Below, in pieces: positions 50,449-58,242 of a stretch of 64,000 nt of DNA (its first letter is position 1; each line of letters begins with the position of its first letter). The notes under the pieces are model-generated. The model searched no databases. It was given only the letters and a program-made list of their open reading frames with translations, and had not been told where the DNA came from. The stretch is from Coleofasciculus chthonoplastes F2-STO-03. GTDB lineage: Bacteria > Cyanobacteriota > Cyanobacteriia > Cyanobacteriales > Coleofasciculaceae. The stretch lies in contig JAVJWO010000216.1 in assembly GCA_040222015.1 (NCBI GenBank), positions 32,001 to 96,000 of the forward strand, written 5' to 3'. Both the position numbers and the translations under genes were made by a program.

Positions 50449-50943
50449 TTAGCTGCGTTCATACCTGATGATATTGAATCGTTCTGTATCTTTTGGAGGC
50501 TGAAAGTATTTTGTTATCGCCTCAAATTCGATATCGCTGGTAAATGCGGCTCCGTCTGGTTTATCCTGGCTGCGTTTCTTGAGCTGTTGTTTACACAGAT
50601 CGTTGGTTGCATCGATAAAATGAAGCTCGTGAGTAGCATTAGTTCTCTCGATAAGCTGACGGAACCACTGACGTTGATTTTGGGTATTGGCGGGAAAATC
50701 TAGAACAACTGAGATTCCCTTTAATAAAAGCGTACAGATGTGATCAGAAATGGCAGTTTTGAGACGCCCAGAATATTTAATGTAACTGGGAATATCACTG
50801 ATTTCTTCGGGATAGAGTTGGGAGAGTAGGTCATCTTCAACTAGCAGGATGGCATTATGGTCATTGGCTAGCTGTTTGGCTAAGGTTGATTTTCCGGCTG
50901 CCATTTTTCCACAAAAGAAATAGAGGGTGGCTGGGTTATTCAT
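50449..50943 (-). CDS. Small P-loop kinase/AAA_33-family ATP-binding protein
   Basis: CGKMAAGKSTLA Walker A, VVLDFPANT..QR.WF. Confidence 0.88.
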   Translation of the reverse strand: MNNPATLYFFCGKMAAGKSTLAKQLANDHNAILLVEDDLLSQLYPEEISDIPSYIKYSGRLKTAISDHICTLLLKGISVVLDFPANTQNQRQWFRQLIERTNATHELHFIDATNDLCKQQLKKRSQDKPDGAAFTSDIEFEAITKYFQPPKDTERFNIIRYERS

Positions 50944-50969
50944 TTAGGAGTGTCTCTCTGTTTAGGTAC

Positions 50970-51731
50970 TTATTGGTTGACGTAAGGATTAACATTTTTA
51001 GCCCAGTTGAGGTATCCTTTGCCGTTTAAATGCACGCCGTCAATGGTGTATACGGGGTCAAGTTGTTTCTGATCGTTGGTAAAGTGTTGATGTAAATCAA
51101 TGTAAGTATAGGAAAATTCGTTGGCTAGCTCTTGCAGGTGGCGGTTGACGGCAATAATATCAGAGTTTTTGACGCTGATGGAATAGTGGATGGTGTTCAT
51201 GGGTAATAGGCTTTGAATAAAGACTTGGGTTTCTGGGGTTTGCTGTTGAATTTGTTCCAGGATGAGGCGATAGTTTTGGGCAATTTCCCTGGGGGGTTTG
51301 TGTTCATTCCATAGGTCATTTGCGCCGATCATTATAAAGAGTTTTTGGGGGTGGGATGCGGTGATTTTATTGAGGCGATTGAGAACGCCGTAGGTGGTAT
51401 CTCCAGATATGCCACGATTGCGGATATTGGCGTTTCCGAGGAGTTCTGCCCATTCACCTTGATCGGTGAGACTATCGCCGATGAAGATAATTTCGGTTTC
51501 GGAGTTGGGCATTTGCTCAAACATTTGTTTTCGCATTTGGTGATAGGTTGATTGATAGGTGTTGCGACGACGGGCTATTTTTATGGTTTGTTCGACTTGT
51601 TGATGGAAGGGGAGTTTACTGATCAGGTAGGGAATGCCGCCTCTGCGAATGATTAAGATGGTGAAGAGGAGGATAAAGAGTAGGTTTAGGCTGAGGGATG
51701 TCCAAAGGATTAGGGAATTTTTGGTAGTCAT
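50970..51731 (-). CDS. GDSL/SGNH hydrolase with N-terminal membrane anchor
   Basis: IGDSLT, NRGISGDTT, IGANDL, DGVHLNGKGY. Confidence 0.93.
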   Translation of the reverse strand: MTTKNSLILWTSLSLNLLFILLFTILIIRRGGIPYLISKLPFHQQVEQTIKIARRRNTYQSTYHQMRKQMFEQMPNSETEIIFIGDSLTDQGEWAELLGNANIRNRGISGDTTYGVLNRLNKITASHPQKLFIMIGANDLWNEHKPPREIAQNYRLILEQIQQQTPETQVFIQSLLPMNTIHYSISVKNSDIIAVNRHLQELANEFSYTYIDLHQHFTNDQKQLDPVYTIDGVHLNGKGYLNWAKNVNPYVNQ

Positions 51732-51744
51732 GGGGAATTTGTCG

Positions 51745-51901
51745 GGGTGGGTTGAGATAATGTCGGTGTGGGTTGAGATAATGTAGGGGCGGGTTGAGAT
51801 AATGTCGGTGTGGGTTGAGATAATGTAGGGGCGGGTTGAGATAATGTAGGGGCGGGTTGAGATAATGTAGGGGCGGGTTGAGATAATGTAGGGGCGGGTT
51901 T
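51745..51901. repeat. 21-bp tandem repeat of a REP left arm (GGGTTGAGATAATGTAGGGGC), ~7 copies
   Basis: Directly visible; ends in GTAGGGGCGGGTTT, which pairs with AAACCCGCCC at ~51941. Confidence 0.9.
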
Positions 51902-52097
51902 AGGGACTAAATTTTGCTAGTTAGAACTAACGGAACAACGAAACCCGCCCTGCCTCACCGATATAGCAACCGCCACAACGGTTAGGACACTAAACGTGCA
52001 TCGACGCAATAAGCGGCATTTATCTGATGTCCTAATGACTCTGCATAACCGATAATTGAACAAGGAAATATGCCGTATTTTACCAATAAATGAACAA

Positions 52098-52225
52098 TAA
52101 GCTGTTATGCATTTTAATTGGGTATTAGTAGCGAGCAAGATGCAAAGCCTGCGGCATGGCTTCGCTTAACGCACTACAAGGATTTCGTCATTGTTGACAT
52201 TAATGTTTGAATGCCGAACAGCTTA
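52098..52225. mobile_element. MITE-like element with TAAGCTGT/ACAGCTTA termini
   Basis: Related inverted copy at 56341-56445 and partial copy at ~13884-13971. Confidence 0.7.
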
Positions 52226-52301
52226 GGCTCGCATCCATTACTACAAACTACCAACTACGGACGAGGATATAATATTTTAGGTGCTTTGAGGGGGAAAGTT
52301 G

Positions 52302-53600
52302 ATGAGTGTGATTCCATCAAAACCGCGCTATTGGCTGAAAAATGCTCGTGTGCCACTCTCAATGTTACAGGTTGAGGATAAATCGATTTGGGAGAATCGC
52401 ACCTCTGAGGGGTTGTGTTTAGTGGATATTCAGGTGGCTGCGGGAAAAGTGGCGCAAATTGTGCGGGCGAATTCTCAGCCGATCGCAGATATGGTGGTGG
52501 ATGTGCAGGGGGGACAGGTTTGGGCTGGGTTTGTGGATATGCATACTCATCTGGATAAGGGGCATATTTGGGAACGCACGCCGAATCTGGATGGAACGTT
52601 TGATAGTGCGTTGGCGAGGGTGCAACAGGATAGTTTGCAGTATTGGCAAGCGGAGGATGTGTATCGCCGCATGGGGTTTGGGTTGAGGTGTAGTTATGCC
52701 CATGGTACTCAGGCGATTCGCACTCATATTGATGCGTTTGGGGAACAGGCGAGGATTAGTTTTGGCGTGTTTCAGCAGTTACAGCAGGAGTGGGCGAATC
52801 GATTGGTGTTGCAGGCGGTGGCTTTGGTGTCGCTGGATTATTATTTGACGCCGGAAGGGGTAAAGTTGGCGGATTTGGTGGCGGAGGTGGGGGGAGTTTT
52901 AGGGGGGGTGGCGTATATGAATCCGGAGTTGGAGGCGCAGTTGAATCAAGTGTTTCGGCTGGCGCAGGAACGGGATTTGGCGCTGGATTTTCATGTGGAT
53001 GAGACGGATGATCCGGAGTCGATGTGTTTGAGGAAGGTGGCGGAAGCGGCGCTACGGTGTGGGTTTGGGCGACAAATTGTTTGTGGACATTGTTGTAGTT
53101 TGGCGGTGCAGTCGCCGGAGGTGGTGGCGGAGACGTTGGCGCTGGTGAAGGAGGCGGGAATTGGGGTGGTGAGTTTACCGTTATCGAATTTGTATTTACA
53201 GGATCGGAAGTCGGGGAGAACACCGCGTTGGCGTGGGGTGACGCTGATTCAGGAGTTACAGGAGTATGGGATTGAGGTGACGTTGGCGAGTGATAATTGT
53301 CGTGATCCGTTTTTTGGGTTTGGGGATCATGATGTGTTGGAGGTGTTTAATCAAGGGGTGAGAGTTGCCCATTTGGATGGGTTGTATGGGGAGTCTCCGG
53401 CGATGGTGACGAAAACGGCGGCGGATTTGATGGGGTTGACGGATGTGGGGCGAATTAGTGTGGAGTTGGCGGCGAATTTGGTTTGGTTTAAGGGACGCAG
53501 TTACAGTGAATTGTTATCACGTCCTCAGTGCGATCGCGTGGTGATTCGCGACGGAATAGCGATTGATACGACGTTACCGGATTACCGGGAATTGGATTAG
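52302..53600 (+). CDS. Cytosine deaminase-family amidohydrolase
   Basis: FVDMHTHLDKGH, DFHVDETDD, GHCCSL, ASDNCRDPF. Confidence 0.9.
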   Translation: MSVIPSKPRYWLKNARVPLSMLQVEDKSIWENRTSEGLCLVDIQVAAGKVAQIVRANSQPIADMVVDVQGGQVWAGFVDMHTHLDKGHIWERTPNLDGTFDSALARVQQDSLQYWQAEDVYRRMGFGLRCSYAHGTQAIRTHIDAFGEQARISFGVFQQLQQEWANRLVLQAVALVSLDYYLTPEGVKLADLVAEVGGVLGGVAYMNPELEAQLNQVFRLAQERDLALDFHVDETDDPESMCLRKVAEAALRCGFGRQIVCGHCCSLAVQSPEVVAETLALVKEAGIGVVSLPLSNLYLQDRKSGRTPRWRGVTLIQELQEYGIEVTLASDNCRDPFFGFGDHDVLEVFNQGVRVAHLDGLYGESPAMVTKTAADLMGLTDVGRISVELAANLVWFKGRSYSELLSRPQCDRVVIRDGIAIDTTLPDYRELD

Positions 53601-53645
53601 TCATTCGTCATTCGTCATTCGTCATTTGTTATTCGTCATTTGTCA
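53601..53645. repeat. STRR heptamer tract (GTCATTC)
   Basis: Visible tandem 7-mers abutting the DUF433 stop codon. Confidence 0.85.
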
Positions 53646-53837
53646 ATAAAGTAAACAAGCTTGTACATCTTCCGGTTCTAGCCAGGGATAACCAACTAGC
53701 AATGTCTCGACTGTATCACCTGCTGCCAGCATTCCTAGAACGTGTTCAACGGCTAAACGGCGTCCTCGAATAATTGGCTTTCCACTAAAAATTTTTGGAT
53801 TGACTGTAATTCTTGCTAAAATTTTTTTCTCGTCCAT
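53643..53837 (-). CDS. DUF433-family antitoxin-like protein (no toxin gene adjacent)
   Basis: RITVNPKIFSGKPIIRGRRL.VE.VL..LAAG......YP.L..EDV.ACL.Y. Confidence 0.88.
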   Translation of the reverse strand: MDEKKILARITVNPKIFSGKPIIRGRRLAVEHVLGMLAAGDTVETLLVGYPWLEPEDVQACLLY

Positions 53838-53924
53838 AATCAACCGTCCTAATCCTCTAAAAAAATAAGTAAAATACCTTTGTCATTGTAGAACAAAACC
53901 AAAGTGTCGTTTTCCGCTTGGTGA

Positions 53925-54779
53925 TTATCTTAGCATTCCCCCTTGGGATATCCGTCGCACCATCCCCATTCCCATTGTGGTTTTCCGCCCGACGCCAGAA
54001 TAGAGGGTAAAATCGGCTAAAGCGTTAATTTGCTGAATCGCCTCTGCTTCAGGTTTTCCCATAATCCGAAAATTGAGTGCGCCAACACAGCCAATAAATT
54101 TACTGCGAGAATCGGCAACTAATTCGGTGTGAATCTCAAAGAAACTGGGGAAAACATGATCGACTAATGTTTTCGAGAATTCTATGCCACTGTATTGATT
54201 CCAGCGCTTAATTAAACTGTTAAAGACTAATTCCCTTGTGGGTAAGGCACAATCATATTTACTCTGACGAAATGCGGTGGGGGTAGAGAAGGCGAAATTC
54301 AGAGTGCGATCGCGCGTCGAGGCTTGGTCGTATAATTGTTGATAACTGAGAGCATTTGCCCAACATCCAGGCATCCCTTTTTGGGGTGTTCCTAGAATAC
54401 TGGTAATCTGCAAGTTAGCTGGACCTAAATGCCAGGGTTGTTCCGGATTCAGGTTTAGCCACAGGTGGGTTAATTGACTGAATAAGGTATCATCAAGTAG
54501 GGAAATTCGCCACCAACAGGGAGTTCCTTGGGGAATTGGTTTATGGTGTTGCCAGTGGAGGTTTGCTGATGCTGAATCACTACGATGCTGAATTTGTAGG
54601 GGACTCAGGGTAAAGGCTTTATCGGATTTGGCTTCGTGGAGATAATCGCCTAGGTTTCTATCGACAGAACTTACCAGGTTGAGAAATAGGGCGTGTAAGT
54701 GGCGTCCACTGAGAAACTGTGGTGGAATTGGCGATTGGGGAAGTAGGTTGAGAATTAGACTATGGGGCATAGTTTGCAT
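53925..54779 (-). CDS. cas6: CRISPR-associated endoribonuclease Cas6 (cyanobacterial I-D type); start at ATG 54779 or 54770
   Basis: MPHSLILNL, GRHLHALFL, F.TPTAFRQ, C-terminal Gly loop GVGRKTTMGMG. Confidence 0.96.
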   Translation of the reverse strand: MQTMPHSLILNLLPQSPIPPQFLSGRHLHALFLNLVSSVDRNLGDYLHEAKSDKAFTLSPLQIQHRSDSASANLHWQHHKPIPQGTPCWWRISLLDDTLFSQLTHLWLNLNPEQPWHLGPANLQITSILGTPQKGMPGCWANALSYQQLYDQASTRDRTLNFAFSTPTAFRQSKYDCALPTRELVFNSLIKRWNQYSGIEFSKTLVDHVFPSFFEIHTELVADSRSKFIGCVGALNFRIMGKPEAEAIQQINALADFTLYSGVGRKTTMGMGMVRRISQGGMLR

Positions 54780-55616
54780 CCCTGATAGGGATTATAGAGG
54801 ATTTCGACTATATTCCTGCACTCCATTCTTATAAACAGGAGTGGTTTCAATCCCTGATAGGGATTATAGAGGATTTTGACGTTCAATGGCTTCCTAGTTC
54901 CCCGGAATCTATGAAGATTCCGTTTCAATCCCTGATAGGGATTATAGAGGATTTTGACCAAGAATCATGATCTAGATCCAGCTGGATAATTTGTTTCAAT
55001 CCCTAGTAGGGATTATAGAGGATTTTGACGCGGATTCCTACGTTCCCTGAATGGAAGGACAATGTACTGTTTCAATCCCTAGTAGGGATTATAGAGGATT
55101 TTGACCGTAATTAGTGCTGTCGGTATTCACTCCGGAGAAAGTTTCAATCCCTAGTAGGGATTATAGAGGATTTTGACCTTATTATTGATTCCCCCAAGTG
55201 TACTATTGAAATGCCGTTTCAATCCCTAGTAGGGATTATAGAGGATTTTGACTGGGGGTGTCCTCCCCTACTATTTCCAGGTGGCTGTTTCAATCCCTAG
55301 TAGGGATTATAGAGGATTTTGACCTGTGCGTTGATTCTCTTCTCAAGTTCAAGCCAGATGTTTCAATCCCTAGTAGGGATTATAGAGGATTTTGACGGTA
55401 TATGCCTGGTTTCTAGGATTCGCCTGTGGAGTTTCAATCCCTAGTAGGGATTATAGAGGATTTTGACCTCGTTTGGTTAGGTTTTCGCTAAATCCTTTGA
55501 GTCGTTTCAATCCCTAGTAGGGATTATAGAGGATTTTGACCGGCTCCCCCGCTCTTGCCCCATACGGTATCTATCTTTAGTTTCAATCCCTAGTAGGGAT
55601 TATAGAGGATTTTGAC
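54772..55616 (-). CRISPR. CRISPR array, 12 repeats of 37 nt and 11 spacers of 34-41 nt; transcribed repeat GTCAAAATCCTCTATAATCCCTACTAGGGATTGAAAC (type I-D-like)
   Basis: Repeats start at 54772 (degenerate), 54844, 54922, 54993, 55069, 55141, 55216, 55287, 55360, 55431, 55504, 55580; ATTGAAAC 3' end, leader side and degenerate repeat all give minus orientation. Confidence 0.98.
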
Positions 55617-55865
55617 CGCCGACCTCTGAAACGCTTACTGTATTTGATTTTCAAGGTTCGATTGCGACAACCTCCTCTAACTATAGCATTTCAGCCCTCG
55701 GTTTTGACAACCCCCGCGAACAAAAAAGTCTCAAACCCTTTCTGAATCAGCTTTTCAGCCATTGCGACAACCTCCTCATTCGCGAAAAAGGCTGTATCCC
55801 TGACTCAATAAGGAATACAGCCTCAAATTTTGACTCCCCGAAAAAAACACCTACTGGTTGTCGCA
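55617..55865 (-). promoter_or_regulatory. CRISPR leader with repeated motifs
   Basis: ATTGCGACAACCTCCTC at 55661 and 55761 (100 bp apart), inverted GGTTGTCGCA at 55856; lies between the cas2 remnant and the first repeat. Confidence 0.85.
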
Positions 55866-56123
55866 TCAGACAAAGAAAATCGAATTATCCCTTATGGGTT
55901 CGCCGCCGATGCGTTCAACCTTCCCTTGACAACAGCCACAGAGGAAATAGAAGCGAATGCTGTCCTGGTCTGGCTTAATCACCTTAGAAAGACGCGATCG
56001 CAATTTGGCATATTAGGTATCCGTCAAACTGCACTCAAACACACTATACTGCATCCACTGCCCATAAGACTTAAGAATACTGTGTATCTTCGTCCGACGC
56101 TTATCTTCGGGGACAGCATAAAT
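55866..56123 (-). pseudogene. cas2: cas2 pseudogene (not in ORF track)
   Basis: Manual translation IYAVPEDKRRTKIHSILKSYGQWMQYSVFECSLTDT*YAKLRSRLSKVIKPDQDSIRFYFLCGCCQGKVERIGGEPIRDNSIFFV*; in-frame TAA at 56013-56015, no start codon, catalytic YD changed to YA. Confidence 0.92.
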
Positions 56124-56340
56124 TTTTAAGTTTGTTCGTAGTGAGGACTTTAGTCCTCTTCGTTAGCGGCGCTAAAGCGCCGACTACAAGCAAGCTATCC
56201 ACTTTGATAATAATTTGGTCAGATATTGCGGGCGAATTTACGATTTGACCTCTCCCCCAGCCCCTCTCCTGCAAGGAGAGGGGAGTCCGGTTCCCCCTTC
56301 CATTCAACAAAAGCGAAGCATCCTTTGACTTCCCTCCTTG

Positions 56341-56445
56341 TAAGCTGTTCGGCATTTAAACCTTAACGTCAATAATTGCTCTCATCCTTGTAGTGCGAGC
56401 CAGAAAGCTCGCTACTAATACCCAATTTAAATGTATGACAGCTTA
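56341..56445. mobile_element. MITE-like element (TAAGCTGT/ACAGCTTA family)
   Basis: Reverse-complement homolog of 52098-52225. Confidence 0.7.
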
Positions 56446-56946
56446 GGCTATGCATTACTCACATCTTTCTTAACATAAATTCCCTTGACTTTAGCAGTAG
56501 TTTTGGGAGAAAGTAAAAGCCAAGTCTGGGCAATGTCAAGCACCAAGCAAGTTTTTGTAATCTAATTGTAAATCTGGATAAATACTCTGGGGTTGCCAAT
56601 GCTCAATCTTCATAGTGTCGTGAGCTATACGTTGCATACAGTAACAACAAATATATCCTTGTTCAGTCAGTAATGATTGGCGTAGATCATCTTTTTGCGG
56701 ATAGTTATCATAATCAGCGTAAGGCTAGCCATCCTATAGCATCAATCTAGGAATCACAGTTAACAGCTACAAGACGTAATCAGTCAATTGTAGGGGCGGG
56801 TTTAGCCACTAATCTAGCTTGTCACAGATAACTGAGCAACAAAACCCGCCCTTATGCTTAAATCTGGATAATAGTTCTAGTCCATTTTAATGGACAATAA
56901 CCCTGAGCCAGTAGTTTGAACTCCGGGCGGGCGTGTCACACTCGCG

Positions 56947-58227
56947 TTATCCAGAATCCTCCTTTTCCAGCAAAGCCAATAAATTCAATTCTTTATTCGC
57001 TACATACCTCACCGGATTCTTCTGCTTAATCACTTTCCCCTCTTGCACCGCTCGTTTTAACCAATCTTCCATCTGTCCTTTTCGTATATCCAACGATTCA
57101 GCCAGAGATTTCGCATCTTGAGGTTGCTCTAACTGGTTAAGTATAAAGGGTAAAACCGCTTCATAGATATCTTTGGCGGGTAAATTAATGGAAATCGTTT
57201 TATCCCCACCTAAACCATCTCCGGCTGATAATTTTTCTGACTCGATTCTTCCCCCATCAGCTTGGCTTTCTTCAACCTCAGCGATAGCAGCATCTAAAAG
57301 TGTACGCAACAGTTTATTCCAAGGGGCTTCAGGAAAAACAATCCCTCCCTTTTCCAGCAATTTCTGATTACCTTCAGGAACAGTTCCCTGCATTCGCACA
57401 AAAACGGGGACATCTTTTACCTTTCTCAACACCTCAGTCGCCCCCGCCCAGGTTCCACCTTTGCCAACAGCAGAACTAATCACTAACGCATAATCAGCTA
57501 ACGCATAAATATACTTATTTCGCCCCATAGCATTACCCGTGCTGAAACTCGCGTCGGGGTCATACGCAGACACTAATGTTAGTCTACCTTCTTTAATTCC
57601 CGCACGATACTTACTCGCCACAGCCACTTTCGTCAAACTATCCGCAAGTACACCCACAGCATTCCCGCCTGCTGCTAATATACCTAACATTGACGCTTGA
57701 TCTACTCCACGCGCCCCACCAGAAATCACATTGATTCCTTGTTCAGCGCATGTCTGAACAACTCTTTCGGTATAATTAAGTCCGTCTTGATCAACATCAC
57801 GAGAACCAACGATAGCCAACCCACCTTGAGCAAGCAATTCTCTATTACCAATTCCATAGAGAATCGCGGGTGCATTATGTTTCAATCTCTGCTTCAAACA
57901 TTGAGGATAGCCTGCGTCACCTCGCCCCACTATCCATAACCCCTGATTCGTCCACTTTTCCACCGCCAAACTGAGCATTACACCGCGTTCAAGTAACGCG
58001 ACTAACCGCTGAGAATCAAGCTTGTCAATGGTAATTTGAGATAAGCGATTTTTCAGGGTTTGATCAAGCAAATCCTCCGGAATCATGTCATTTTCTACCA
58101 ACCAACTCGCTACCGTATTATACTCGCTCAGGGTTAAAGGTTTGGGTTCAGTTTGGCGATTTTGTCCAAAGCTGGCACACAATAATAAAATGGCTTGGGT
58201 ATTGGGTGACAGCAGATGGTAATCCAT
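56947..58227 (-). CDS. dprA: DprA/Smf DNA-processing family protein with C-terminal winged helix
   Basis: YP..L....APAILYGIGN, AIVGSR, ISGGARGVD, AMGRNKYIYALAD, GGTWAGA. Confidence 0.9.
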   Translation of the reverse strand: MDYHLLSPNTQAILLLCASFGQNRQTEPKPLTLSEYNTVASWLVENDMIPEDLLDQTLKNRLSQITIDKLDSQRLVALLERGVMLSLAVEKWTNQGLWIVGRGDAGYPQCLKQRLKHNAPAILYGIGNRELLAQGGLAIVGSRDVDQDGLNYTERVVQTCAEQGINVISGGARGVDQASMLGILAAGGNAVGVLADSLTKVAVASKYRAGIKEGRLTLVSAYDPDASFSTGNAMGRNKYIYALADYALVISSAVGKGGTWAGATEVLRKVKDVPVFVRMQGTVPEGNQKLLEKGGIVFPEAPWNKLLRTLLDAAIAEVEESQADGGRIESEKLSAGDGLGGDKTISINLPAKDIYEAVLPFILNQLEQPQDAKSLAESLDIRKGQMEDWLKRAVQEGKVIKQKNPVRYVANKELNLLALLEKEDSG

Positions 58228-58242
58228 AATCTTCTAATTTGC

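Noticed and set aside
51745..51901. Possible second CRISPR array
   Set aside because: Contiguous 21-nt units with no unique spacers; a tandem REP repeat
52756..53223. Pro-rich 155-aa ORF
   Set aside because: Antisense by-product of the G-rich deaminase gene
54755..54961. 68-aa ORF over the CRISPR repeats
   Set aside because: Translation of repeat-spacer sequence in a different frame from cas6
54809..55579. Self-targeting spacers within this window
   Set aside because: No match noticed by eye; cannot be excluded without alignment
55830..56129. 99-aa plus-strand ORF beside the CRISPR leader
   Set aside because: Antisense shadow of the cas2 pseudogene
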